From contig JAKIWO010000001.1 in NCBI GenBank assembly GCA_022749995.1, positions 22,410 to 86,409 of the forward strand: a DNA stretch of 64,000 nucleotides, read 5' to 3'. Source of the DNA: Thermoplasmata archaeon. GTDB taxonomy: Archaea > Thermoplasmatota > Thermoplasmata > Lutacidiplasmatales > UBA184. Below, one piece after another: positions 46,700-55,885 of this stretch (position 1 is the stretch's first letter; the number at the start of each line of letters is the position of its first letter). Made by a program: the position numbers and the translations under genes. The notes beneath the pieces were generated by a model, which ran no database searches, was not told the DNA's origin, and was given only the letters and a program-made list of their open reading frames with translations.

Positions 46700-47604
46700 G
46701 ACGCGATCATCCGCTCGAGAGAGCGCCGGGCCCGACGGGCCGTCTCGGGCGGAACCTCGATCTGGAAGCGGAGCTGGGCGAGGGAGTCACGCACGTCCGT
46801 CAGGTCGATCTGCTTCATGTACGGGCAGACCGCGCCCTCCTGGATGGGCAAGAACTCGGTACCCGGGTTGAGCGCGCGCATCCGGTGGAGGATGCCCACC
46901 TCGGTCGCGACGAGCACCTGCGGGGCTCGGGTCTCCTTGGCGAACTGCACCATCCCGTCGGTGGAGAGGATCCGGTCGACGTGCGGCAGGGTGGCGCTCG
47001 CGCAGCCGCACTCCGGATGGGCGACCACCTCGGCGCCGGGGTGGGCCGCCCGGGCCATCTGCAGCGTTTCGGGCCGGAGCTTCGCATGCACCGGGCAATC
47101 ACCGACCCACAGGTGCATGTTCTTTCGGCCGGTCTGCGCCCGCACCCACTCCCCGAGGAAGACGTCCGGCAGGAACAGCACCTCCTGATCCGGTGGTAGC
47201 CCTCCGACGATCCGCACGGCGTTGGAGCTGGTGCAACAGTAGTCGGCCTCCGCCTTCACGTCCGCGGAGGTGTTCACGTAGGCCACCACGACCGCCCCCG
47301 GGTGCTCCCCCTTCCAAGTGCGGAGCTGTTCGGCCGTGATCGCGTCGGCGAGTCCGCAGCCGGCCGCCAGGTCCGGCAGCAGGACCGTCTTCTCCGGATT
47401 CAGGATCTTGGCCGTCTCGGCCATGAATCGCACGCCGGCAAAGCAGATCACCGGGGCGTCGGTCTCGGCTGCCTGGCGGGAGAGGTACAGCGAGTCCCCG
47501 ACCAGGTCGGCCACATCCTGGACCTCCGGCAGCTGGTAGTTATGCGCCAGCAGGAGCGCGTGGCGTTCCTCCTTGAGCCGATGGACCTCGGCCTCGAGCG
47601 ACAT
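46696..47604 (-). CDS. nadA: quinolinate synthase
   Basis: Three conserved Cys motifs and typical NadA blocks (VVAYVNTSADVKAEADYCCTSSNA, HLWVGDCPVHAKL, VVAHPECGC). Confidence 0.9.
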   Translation of the reverse strand: MSLEAEVHRLKEERHALLLAHNYQLPEVQDVADLVGDSLYLSRQAAETDAPVICFAGVRFMAETAKILNPEKTVLLPDLAAGCGLADAITAEQLRTWKGEHPGAVVVAYVNTSADVKAEADYCCTSSNAVRIVGGLPPDQEVLFLPDVFLGEWVRAQTGRKNMHLWVGDCPVHAKLRPETLQMARAAHPGAEVVAHPECGCASATLPHVDRILSTDGMVQFAKETRAPQVLVATEVGILHRMRALNPGTEFLPIQEGAVCPYMKQIDLTDVRDSLAQLRFQIEVPPETARRARRSLERMIAS

Positions 47605-47638
47605 CGCAGGCCCTCGACGATGCTAGGGCCGGAGGCTC

Positions 47639-48529
47639 TTAAGTGGGGGGTGGACGGACGGGAACCACCGTCAGGTGGAACGGCAGCGCCGGCGCCGAAT
47701 GGGTGAGCGAGCCCAGGCTGGCGGAGCTCGCGCCAGTACGAGCATACCGCGCGAGGGAGCTTTCCTCGATCCCCCCCGACAGCTCGACCGGCACTCGCCC
47801 CGCTCGACCCAGCCGGGTGAGCTGCTGCAGGACCCGCCGGATCTCCGGGGGGCGGAGATTGTCCAAGAGGAGCGCGTCGGCGCCGGCGCGCACGGCCCGC
47901 ACCGCCTGCGAGGCGCTGTGCACCTCCACCTGCAGCGGTTGGCGGGAGCCCTTCTTGCCCCGCCGAACCGCCTCCTCTAGCGGCAGCAGGGCCAGGTGAT
48001 TGTTCTTCACCAGCAGGCCGCTCGCGAGGTCGCGGCGGTGCGGTTCGCCCCCTCCGGCTTCGATGGCGGCCTTCTCCAGCAGCCGTAGCCCCGGGGTCGT
48101 CTTCCGGGTGCCCCGGACCCTGAACCCCGGCTGCGCGGCTCGCGCCCGATGGACGGCCCGGTCCGTCGCGCTGGCCACGCCGGAGAGATGCATCAGAAAG
48201 TTGAGGATCGTCCGTTCACCGGCCAATATCGCCCGGGCGTCCCCGTCGACCCGGAGGACGCGGGTCCCGCTGTGCAGCCGCGCCCCGTCCCGCGAGAGGG
48301 CCCGTGCGCGGAGTCCGAGCTGTCGTGCGGTCTCTACCGCCGCGGGCAGGCCGGCGAGGACTCCCCTGGCTTGCGCGGTGACCACCGCGCTCGCGCGGAA
48401 CGGTCGGGGGAAGAGCCGTTTCGTGGTGAGGTCGGCTCGAGCGCGGTCCTCGGCCAGTGCGCGGCGTACGAGCTCCCGCGTTCCGGAAGTGAGCTGGGGG
48501 TGGCGCACGCTAGGCCGTGCCGGCGACAC
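47639..48529 (-). CDS. nadC: nicotinate-nucleotide pyrophosphorylase (quinolinate phosphoribosyltransferase)
   Basis: EDRARADLTT..., ILAGERTILNFLMHLSGVAS, LLDNLRPPEI and VELSGGI are typical NadC blocks. Confidence 0.85.
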   Translation of the reverse strand: MSPARPSVRHPQLTSGTRELVRRALAEDRARADLTTKRLFPRPFRASAVVTAQARGVLAGLPAAVETARQLGLRARALSRDGARLHSGTRVLRVDGDARAILAGERTILNFLMHLSGVASATDRAVHRARAAQPGFRVRGTRKTTPGLRLLEKAAIEAGGGEPHRRDLASGLLVKNNHLALLPLEEAVRRGKKGSRQPLQVEVHSASQAVRAVRAGADALLLDNLRPPEIRRVLQQLTRLGRAGRVPVELSGGIEESSLARYARTGASSASLGSLTHSAPALPFHLTVVPVRPPPT

Positions 48530-50894
48530 CGGCGGGGACCTCCTCGCTGAGACGCTGGCGCAGCCGTTCGACGTCCCGGACCAGGTCCGGGCGAAGCCGC
48601 GCCACCTCGCGCCGGGTCAGCTCCTCGACCCGCCCCCGGGCCGTGTCGGCCTCCCCTCGGCCCAGCGCGACCTCCCCTAGGCGCAGCAGTACCTCGAGCT
48701 CGTCGGCCTCGGCGCGCAGTTCGCGGACCAGACGGAACGCATCGAGCAGCTCCCCCTCGGCCCGGACCATGTCCCCGTTGGCGATGGCGATCTTCCCAGC
48801 GATGATGAAGGTCTGCGCGAGACCGAACCGATCGCCGATCTGTTCCAGCGTCGCGCGGGCCTTCTCGTTCTCCTCGCGGGCGGCGAGCAGCGCCCCTTGC
48901 CCCCGGAGCAGGTCGGCGCGGTTGAACCGCACCCAGGCGATCCGCCGCGGGTCGGCCGCGGCCTCAGCGAGCGGCAGGGCGCGCTCGAGCTCCTCCAGCG
49001 CCTCCGACGGGTGACCGGTCTGGTCGAGCGCGAGGGCCAGGAAGAGCCGGGTGAACGCGGCCTCGCCGGTGTCGCCGAGCTCGTGGAGCCGGTTGGCGGC
49101 CTCCCGGTAGGCGGGGATCGCCTCCTCGATGCAGTCCGGCAGCATCGCGAGCGTGTTCGCCCGCCGCACGCTCTCGAGCGCCACCTCCCGCTCCTCCCCC
49201 TGGCCGCGAGCGATCTCGAGCGCGCGGTCGTGGAAGCGGAGCGAGTCCGTGTACTCGCCTCGGTAGTAGTCGATCTCTCCGCGGAGTCGGAAGAGCGCGA
49301 GCCGCGTCGCGGGCCGTCGCGGGGCCGCGCTGTCCTCCTCGAGTAGCTCGTCCGTGAGCTGGCGGGCCTCGGCCCAGCGGCCCTCGTCGGTGAGGATCCG
49401 GGCGAGGTAGATCGGGAGCAACTCCTCGGCCGCGGAGGAGTTGGGGCCGCCTCGGAGATTCGGCCGCGCCTCCACGAGGAGCCGTTCGGCCCGGGCGAGT
49501 TCGCCCACGTGGTCGAGCTGGACGGCGAGCTCCAGCGTCAGCTCGAGTTCCACGGCCGGGTTGGTCTGGTCGGTCCGCCGGAGCGATTCGAGCGCGCGGT
49601 CCAGGTGTTCGACGGCGATGGAGGAGGCGAACGAGCGGGCCGCAATCTCCGCCGCGCGCCAGTTCAGCTCGACGGCTCGCGAGTCGAGCCGTCCGAGGTA
49701 GGCGTGCCGGGCCAGCGCGAAGAGCGTGTCGGTGTCGTCGGCCCGGCTCGCGTCGAGGGCGCGGGCGATCCGTTCGTGGACCAGGCGCCGTTGCGGCTCC
49801 GCCATCGATTCGTAGACGGTGTGCCGCAGGTCCTCGCGCGAGAACTCGAGGCCGACCACGGGCGTCTCGCGGAGCATCCCCATCCCGACCAGCCGCTCCA
49901 CGACCTCGGCGAGTCGCTCCTCCTCGACGCCGGTCACCGCTTGGAGCAGCGGGAAGGGGAACTCCCGCCCCAGCGCGGCCGCGGTGTGCAGCACCCGACG
50001 TTCCTCTTCGGGGAGCTCGGTCAACCGCTGACGGAGGTAGTCGGCGAACCCGACACCGGCACGGTGCGCCTCCTCCCAGAGCGGCGTCTCGCCGCGGGCC
50101 TGCGCCCGCAGCAGCTGCTCGAGGAACAGCGGGTTGCCCTGGGTCTGGCTGAACCAGTGGCTCACCTCGGTGGCCAGCACCTCTCGGCCGGGCACGACCC
50201 AGCGGACGAAGTCGGGGAGCTCGGCCGGAGTGAGGGGGCGCAGCGTGTACCGGTCCAACCGGCCCGTGCGAGCGAGTCGTTCGAGTTGGGTACGGCCCGG
50301 TTCCGGCACATCGGCGAGCGGCGGCGTCGTCAGTAGCAGCCAGAGCGGTACCCGCTCCAGCGTCGGGGCCAGGTAGCCGACGAAATCCAGCGAGAGCGCG
50401 TCGGCGTGACCCGCGTTCTCGATTGCGAGGATGGTCGGTTGCCCGCGCGCGAGCTCCTCGAGCCGTCGCGAGAGCTGGGCGAAGGCGCTCTGGGGTCCGG
50501 CACTCGCCTCCTCCGTGGGTCGCCGCAGCGCCTCGATCAGCCGTGCCTCCGAGCCGGAGGCCTCGCCCGGCTCGGGTACATCGAACTCGGCCAGCATCGG
50601 CAGCCCGGCTCCCCGCAGCGCGTCCCGCAGGACTCGGAACGGCGGAGGGTCGTCGGAGAAGGCCGCGCGCGCGTCGAGCACCCGGAATCCGTCGGCGCGT
50701 GCCTGAGCGAGTAGCTGGGCGAGCAGGACGCTCTTGCCGACACCGGCCTCGCCTTCCAGCAGCGAGACGCCGCCTCGGCCCTCCCGCACCTCCCCCCGCC
50801 GCCGCAGGAGCGCGGCGGCCACTTCCGGCCGCCCGATGAACGGGAGGCCCTGGCCGAACGGCACGACGGTGAGATGGTCCCCCGGGCTTAAGTT
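48510..50894 (-). CDS. STAND-type (AAA_16-like) P-loop NTPase with a C-terminal TPR array, no recognisable effector or HTH domain; start refined to a GTG (MPFGQGLPFIGRPE...), trimming 330 spurious N-terminal codons
   Basis: FIGRPEVAAALLRR...LLEGEAGVGKSVLLAQLL (Walker A), a Walker B-like ILAIENAGHAD, then about 450 aa of TPR-like helical repeats. The upstream part of the listed 1124-aa ORF is Arg/Pro/Gly-rich and overlaps gcvT. Confidence 0.7.
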   Translation of the reverse strand, partial: NLSPGDHLTVVPFGQGLPFIGRPEVAAALLRRRGEVREGRGGVSLLEGEAGVGKSVLLAQLLAQARADGFRVLDARAAFSDDPPPFRVLRDALRGAGLPMLAEFDVPEPGEASGSEARLIEALRRPTEEASAGPQSAFAQLSRRLEELARGQPTILAIENAGHADALSLDFVGYLAPTLERVPLWLLLTTPPLADVPEPGRTQLERLARTGRLDRYTLRPLTPAELPDFVRWVVPGREVLATEVSHWFSQTQGNPLFLEQLLRAQARGETPLWEEAHRAGVGFADYLRQRLTELPEEERRVLHTAAALGREFPFPLLQAVTGVEEERLAEVVERLVGMGMLRETPVVGLEFSREDLRHTVYESMAEPQRRLVHERIARALDASRADDTDTLFALARHAYLGRLDSRAVELNWRAAEIAARSFASSIAVEHLDRALESLRRTDQTNPAVELELTLELAVQLDHVGELARAERLLVEARPNLRGGPNSSAAEELLPIYLARILTDEGRWAEARQLTDELLEEDSAAPRRPATRLALFRLRGEIDYYRGEYTDSLRFHDRALEIARGQGEEREVALESVRRANTLAMLPDCIEEAIPAYREAANRLHELGDTGEAAFTRLFLALALDQTGHPSEALEELERALPLAEAAADPRRIAWVRFNRADLLRGQGALLAAREENEKARATLEQIGDRFGLAQTFIIAGKIAIANGDMVRAEGELLDAFRLVRELRAEADELEVLLRLGEVALGRGEADTARGRVEELTRREVARLRPDLVRDVERLRQRLSEEVPAGVAGTA

Positions 50895-52015
50895 CCTCGC
50901 GAGGCGCGCTCGGCCCGGACGAAGGGGAGCGGCTCGACCGAGGCCGGCATGCGGCGCCCGCGGAGCTCGATCTCGAGCGGGGTACCCGGCGCCGCGAGCT
51001 CGGGCGGAAGGTACGCGAGCCCGATGCCGTAGCCGAGGGTCGGCGAGAGGCCGCCGCTCGTGGCGTGGGTGACCACTTGCCCGCCGGAGAGGATCGGGGT
51101 CCCGTGCCGCGGGATCGCCCCTTCGATCCGGGTGCTGAAACCGACGAGCCGCGTGGCCGGCCCTCCCTCCAGCTCCGCTTGGAGCGAATCCCTTCCGACA
51201 AAGGTGTGCTCCATCTCGAGGAACCGCTGCTGGCCTGCCTCGAGGGGGCTTCGGTTCACGTCGAAATCCAATCCGGAGAGGAGGTAACCCTTCTCCAAGC
51301 GCAGGGTGTCCCGAGCGCCGAGTCCGCACGGCGGTACGCTGCCCATCGTGAGTCGCTCGGCCACGGCCATCGACGCCTCCGCCGGTAGGAGCAGTTCGAA
51401 GCCGAGCTCGCCAGTGTAGCCGGTGCGGCTGACCATCCCCCAGCCGAGTGCACCGGCGGCACCGGGAGCGAGCGGGCGTTCGATCATCCGGGCAGCGTAG
51501 AACGGCAGGCCGTTCAAGGTGAGTCCAAAGAGCGACTCGAGCAGCCGCTGGGAGTCCGGGCCCTGGACGGCCAGGAAGGCCATTGCGCCGTTGTGCCGGG
51601 CGATGTGCGTATCCGGCTTGCGGTGCTGGCGCAGCGACTCGAAGATCTGGGCGGCGCGTCCGGCGTTCGGCACCACCAAGAATCGCGGCGGCCCCAGCGG
51701 GACGCTCGGCAACCGAGTGAGGAGCAGGTCGTCGATGATCTTGCCGTCGGCGGAGAGCCAGAAGCCGTACTTGCAGCGCAGCTCGGGCACCCGATGGGCG
51801 TCGACGGTGGTGCGGCGGGCCAGCAGGTCCGGGGCGTGCTCCCCCTCGACGGTCAGGATACCCATGTGGGAGACGTCGAACCATCCGGCCGACTGGCGCA
51901 CGGCCCGGTGCTCCTCCAGGATACCGGAGAAGTACAGTGGCATCTCCCAGCCGGCGAACGGGACCAAGTGCGCCCCGTGCGCCGTGTGGAACGGGTAGAG
52001 CGGCGTGCGGGCCAA
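50888..52015 (-). CDS. gcvT: aminomethyltransferase (glycine cleavage system T protein); start refined to a TTG (MARTPLYPFH...)
   Basis: TPLYPFHTAHGAHLVPFAGWEMPLYFSGILEEHRAVRQSAGWFDVSHMGIL is the canonical GcvT N-terminus; about 375 aa. The upstream 352 codons of the listed ORF are compositionally aberrant and overlap purP. Confidence 0.85.
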   Translation of the reverse strand: MARTPLYPFHTAHGAHLVPFAGWEMPLYFSGILEEHRAVRQSAGWFDVSHMGILTVEGEHAPDLLARRTTVDAHRVPELRCKYGFWLSADGKIIDDLLLTRLPSVPLGPPRFLVVPNAGRAAQIFESLRQHRKPDTHIARHNGAMAFLAVQGPDSQRLLESLFGLTLNGLPFYAARMIERPLAPGAAGALGWGMVSRTGYTGELGFELLLPAEASMAVAERLTMGSVPPCGLGARDTLRLEKGYLLSGLDFDVNRSPLEAGQQRFLEMEHTFVGRDSLQAELEGGPATRLVGFSTRIEGAIPRHGTPILSGGQVVTHATSGGLSPTLGYGIGLAYLPPELAAPGTPLEIELRGRRMPASVEPLPFVRAERASRGT

Positions 52016-52050
52016 GGCCGGGGTGGTCGACGGGGCCGGAGTCGGAACCC

Positions 52051-53208
52051 TCAGGTCAGCACCTCCGCAAGACGCCCGTCCGCCACGGCACGGCGGATCT
52101 CCTGGGCGAGCCGGTGGCCAGAGCTCATCGGCTCCCGCCAGAGCGCGTTGGCGTACGGGTGGCCGGTGGAGAGATGGATGTTCGTGCCTCCGCCGATGCG
52201 CACGGCGACGTCGAAGATGACAGGGCGCCCGTCCGGGTCGAGGCAGGTCTGCAGGCAGAACGGCCCGATGATGCCGGGCGGGTACCGCTCCCGGGCGACC
52301 TCGACGAACCGTTCGCCGAGTCGGAACACCTCCTCCAGGATCGACTCCCGGACGGTGAGCGAACCGTGCCCCACCACCGTGTAGCGGGGCATCTGGGTCC
52401 CCTCCGGCAAGCTCAGTTGCTGGGCGGCCGGGAGCCGCACCAAACCATCGAGGGAGCTCTCCCGGCGTTCGTCGACGCCGAGGAGCTCGAGCGCGTCCTC
52501 CCTCGGGGCCAGGGGGGAGAAGAAGAAGTTGAAGTTGAAAACCGGCCCCACGATGTACCGTTCGATCCGGGCGTGGGCCAGGTCGTCGGCCCGGATGACC
52601 CCCTCCGCGAGCAGACGTCCGCTCCGTTCGGCGTACTCCGCGGGAGAGGAGCAGGTGAAGAACCCCCGCTCGAGCCGTCGCGTGGCGTGGGGCAGCTTCA
52701 CCATCACGAGACCGGCGATGGCCTTCGGATCGGGGACGAGCTCCGGCGTTGGCAGCCCACCGGCCGCGAGGAGCGTGTAGTAGTTCTCGCGCTCCGAGCG
52801 CTCCTCGATCCGCAGGAGCCGACGGGAACCGACGAGCGGCACCCGGAGCTCCGACTCGATGGCATCGAGCGGCAGATACGAACTCAGGGCGCGGTTCGGG
52901 ACGAGCAGGACCGACCGCTCCCGCAACTTCTGTTGCACTTCGGGCTGGAGCGCCTCCGCGAACTTCGGGTAGCTCCAGACCTCGTCCACGCAGCCTCGAA
53001 CCGGTTGTCCGTTGGCGTCTCGGACACAGCGGAAATAGCGACGGTAGGTCAGGTCCCGCCCGATCTCGCACAGCAGCAGCGTGCGGAACCCTTCGCCCAC
53101 CGCCCCGTCGGCGATGTCGAGCGCCGAGTGCGATCCGATGGCGCCGACCTCGACCGGCCGAGCGTAGCCGGCGGCAATGGACTGCAGTTCGGCCCGATCG
53201 AGTCGCAT
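52051..53208 (-). CDS. purP: 5-formaminoimidazole-4-carboxamide ribonucleotide synthetase (archaeal PurP, ATP-grasp)
   Basis: IGSHSALDIADGAVGEGFRTLLL at the N-terminus and the DUF1246/DUF1297 architecture of archaeal PurP; 385 aa. Confidence 0.85.
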   Translation of the reverse strand: MRLDRAELQSIAAGYARPVEVGAIGSHSALDIADGAVGEGFRTLLLCEIGRDLTYRRYFRCVRDANGQPVRGCVDEVWSYPKFAEALQPEVQQKLRERSVLLVPNRALSSYLPLDAIESELRVPLVGSRRLLRIEERSERENYYTLLAAGGLPTPELVPDPKAIAGLVMVKLPHATRRLERGFFTCSSPAEYAERSGRLLAEGVIRADDLAHARIERYIVGPVFNFNFFFSPLAPREDALELLGVDERRESSLDGLVRLPAAQQLSLPEGTQMPRYTVVGHGSLTVRESILEEVFRLGERFVEVARERYPPGIIGPFCLQTCLDPDGRPVIFDVAVRIGGGTNIHLSTGHPYANALWREPMSSGHRLAQEIRRAVADGRLAEVLT

Positions 53209-53222
53209 CGGCGCGACGAGAT

Positions 53223-55421
53223 TTAGATGAGCTTAAGCGCTCGCGCCACGCGCTCCGGAGTGAGCGGCATCTCGCGCACGCGCGCGCCCGTAGCGTCGCA
53301 GACCGCGTTGGCGACCGCCCCCGGGACCGGGATCACCGGCGGTTCCCCCCCGCCCTTGGCGCCGTCCGGGCCGGCGCCGGGGAACCCCTCGATCGCCTCG
53401 ACGTGGATCGGGGGAACTTCGAGCAAGGTGGGGACCCGGTAGTCGAGCAGCCCCGCATTCTCGATCCGTCCCTCGGCGTCCCATCGGGTCTCTTCGGTCA
53501 GCGCCTCGCCGAGCCCCATGGCCACGCCGCCCTCTACCTGGGCACGGTAGGTCGCGGCGTCTACGACCCGGCCCGCGTCTTGGAAGGCCGCGTACCGGAG
53601 CACCCTCACCCGGCCAGTCTCCCGGTCGACGTCAACGGCCGCGAGCTGGACGGCGCCGATGAAATCCCCGTAGCCGTAGAAACTCCCCGCGAGCACCCGT
53701 CCGGAGTCGATCTCGCCAGTCCGCCCGTAGTGCCGGCCTTGCGTCGCGATCCCGCCCCCCAGGCGCTCGGCCTCGGTGAGCACCGTCGCCAGCTCGACGG
53801 AGTGGGGGCCCCGTCGGACCCGCACCTGGGCGCCGGTCCAGTCGAGCTTGAGCTCGTCCGGGCCCGGCACTCGCCGAGCGAGCTCCTCGAGCAACCGCAG
53901 CGCGGCCTCCTGGATGGCGCGGCCGAGAGCGGCCGTCGTGCGGCTGCCGTACACGCCACTATCCATGGGGCCTCGTGCCGTATCGGTCCGCTCGACCCGG
54001 ATCGCCTCGGGTGGCAGACCGAGCGACCGGGAGGCCACCACTACCAGTCCACGCACCACGCTTCCGCTACCGATCTCCGCTTCCACGGTCTCGAGCACGA
54101 GCCCCGTCGGCCCGAGGCGGATCTGGATCTCCCCGCCCGCGGAACTGCCCGTCGACCAGAAGCCGACCGCCACTCCGATGCCTGTGCCGGCCGGCAGCTC
54201 GGCGCGCCAAACGGCGCTCATCTCCCGCGCGCGGGCGAGACCGGCGTGGAGTCCGAACGGTCCCACCTGCTGTCCGAGCGGAGTGAGTCCACGTTCGCGT
54301 AGACCGTGCCGCTCCCGGAAGGCGATAGGATCCATGCCGGCGAGACGCGCCAGTCCGTCGGTGTGGGACTCGGCGGCGAACGCACACTGCGGCACGAACG
54401 GTGCGCGGTGCGGGCCGAACGGCGGCTTGTTCGTCCGCACCGCGTACCCTTCGAGCTCGACGGCGTCGATCTGGTACGGTCCGGCGATGAACCCGATGGC
54501 GTAGCCGGTCGCAAAGTCCCGGCCGGGCAGCGACGCGCCGGAGTCGAGGAGGAGCCGCACCCGGCGCGCCGCGATTCGCCCGTCGCGGAGCGCACTCTCG
54601 ATGCGGATGACCGCCGGCAGCGTGGAGCGGGAGAGCTCGACCTCCTCCGCGTAGGAGAGTTGCAGTTTCACGGGACGGTCGGCGGCGGCGGAGAGCACCA
54701 GGGCGTACGGTTCCAGGAGGGCCGCCGCCTTGCCGCCGAACCCGCCGCCGACCCAGCTCGCTTCCACGACGATGCGCTCCTCGGGCAGCCCCAGGATCGA
54801 GGCGGCGTCCTCCCGCACGCCGTACGGGCTCTGCGTTGAGGTCGTCACGCGCCAGTGTCCACCGGTGACGTGCGCGAGGCAGGCGTGCGGCTCGAGCGCC
54901 ATCTGCACGATGCCGCTCGTCCGGTACTTTTCCCGGAGCACCTCGCGGGAGCGTTCCAGGATCCGGTCGACCTCCCCAAAGCGCGCGTGTACGTGGGCGT
55001 TGATACGGGGGGAGTTCCCCTCGTCGCTGCCGGGCCATTCCGGATAGATCGACTCGATGTCGCCCCACAAGGGCAACGGGTCGATGGCCACCTTCACGAG
55101 CTTCGCGGCCCGGCGGGCTTCGGCGAGCGTGTGGGCCGCGATGGCGGCCACCGGCTGGCCGTGGTACATCACCTCCTCCTGCGGAAATACCGGCCGCTCC
55201 GGGTCCCCGCTTCCGGCGGGCAACAGAGCGGCCAGCTCGGCGTGGGAAACGGCGCAGACGACTCCGGGAGATCGCCGGGCTTCCTCGAGGTGGAGCGCTC
55301 GCATCTGGCCGTGGGCGACGGGCGAGCGCACCAGCACGGCGTGCAGCATGCCCGGCGTCTCCAAGTCGACGCCGAACTCCACGCCTCCGCGCACCTTGAG
55401 CGGCGCGTCGGCCCGGATCAT
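53223..55421 (-). CDS. molybdopterin-binding large subunit of a xanthine dehydrogenase/aldehyde oxidoreductase-family enzyme (CoxL/XdhA-like); start refined to Met57
   Basis: MIRADAPLKVRGGVEFGVDL...HAVLVRSPVAHGQM is the typical N-terminus; Mo-cofactor domain blocks are present; about 732 aa. The start overlaps the stop of the 2Fe-2S subunit gene by 4 nt. Confidence 0.85.
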   Translation of the reverse strand: MIRADAPLKVRGGVEFGVDLETPGMLHAVLVRSPVAHGQMRALHLEEARRSPGVVCAVSHAELAALLPAGSGDPERPVFPQEEVMYHGQPVAAIAAHTLAEARRAAKLVKVAIDPLPLWGDIESIYPEWPGSDEGNSPRINAHVHARFGEVDRILERSREVLREKYRTSGIVQMALEPHACLAHVTGGHWRVTTSTQSPYGVREDAASILGLPEERIVVEASWVGGGFGGKAAALLEPYALVLSAAADRPVKLQLSYAEEVELSRSTLPAVIRIESALRDGRIAARRVRLLLDSGASLPGRDFATGYAIGFIAGPYQIDAVELEGYAVRTNKPPFGPHRAPFVPQCAFAAESHTDGLARLAGMDPIAFRERHGLRERGLTPLGQQVGPFGLHAGLARAREMSAVWRAELPAGTGIGVAVGFWSTGSSAGGEIQIRLGPTGLVLETVEAEIGSGSVVRGLVVVASRSLGLPPEAIRVERTDTARGPMDSGVYGSRTTAALGRAIQEAALRLLEELARRVPGPDELKLDWTGAQVRVRRGPHSVELATVLTEAERLGGGIATQGRHYGRTGEIDSGRVLAGSFYGYGDFIGAVQLAAVDVDRETGRVRVLRYAAFQDAGRVVDAATYRAQVEGGVAMGLGEALTEETRWDAEGRIENAGLLDYRVPTLLEVPPIHVEAIEGFPGAGPDGAKGGGEPPVIPVPGAVANAVCDATGARVREMPLTPERVARALKLI

Positions 55422-55885
55422 GTACGCGCCTTCGCCAAGCCGACCACCGCGCGGCGGATCGACAGGTACCCCGTGCACCGGCAGAGGTTGCCCTGCAGGT
55501 CCTCGAGGAGCTCCTCGGGCGAGGCGTTCGGTCGCTCCTTGAGCAGCCCGGTCAGCGCCACCACGAAGCCGGGCGTGCAGTATCCGCACTGCAGGCCGGC
55601 CTCCTGCACGAACGCTTCCAGCACGGTCCGCCCCACCGGGTCGGCCTCGAGCCCTTCGACGGTGAGGATCGCCTCCTCCGAGACCTCACGGGTGAGCGTC
55701 AGGCAACTGAGCACGCTGCGGCCGTCGACGAGCACCGTGCAGGCCCCGCAGTCCCCCGTGCGACAGCCCTCCTTCGTTCCCTTGAGGCCCAGCCTCCAGC
55801 GGAGCGTGTCGAGTAGGCGTTCGTCGTCCGGAAGTTCGGTCGAGTACGGGCGCCCGTTCACCCACAGCGCGGCAGGATCGGTCAC
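55418..55885 (-). CDS. [2Fe-2S]-binding small subunit (CoxS/XdhC-like); GTG start overlapping the FAD-subunit stop (GTGA)
   Basis: CxxGxCGxC (CRTGDCGACTVLVDG) and CGYC / C..C (QCGYCTPGFV...NLCRCTGY) motifs; about 155 aa. Confidence 0.8.
   Translation of the reverse strand: MTDPAALWVNGRPYSTELPDDERLLDTLRWRLGLKGTKEGCRTGDCGACTVLVDGRSVLSCLTLTREVSEEAILTVEGLEADPVGRTVLEAFVQEAGLQCGYCTPGFVVALTGLLKERPNASPEELLEDLQGNLCRCTGYLSIRRAVVGLAKART

Noticed and set aside
50895-51884. N-terminal 330 codons of the listed 1124-aa ORF, and the N-terminal 352 codons of the listed 727-aa ORF (52016-53071).
   Set aside because: They are Arg/Pro/Gly-rich shadow sequence overlapping gcvT and purP respectively. The recognisable domains (STAND Walker A; GcvT N-terminal motif) begin right after in-frame GTG/TTG starts adjacent to the upstream stop codons.
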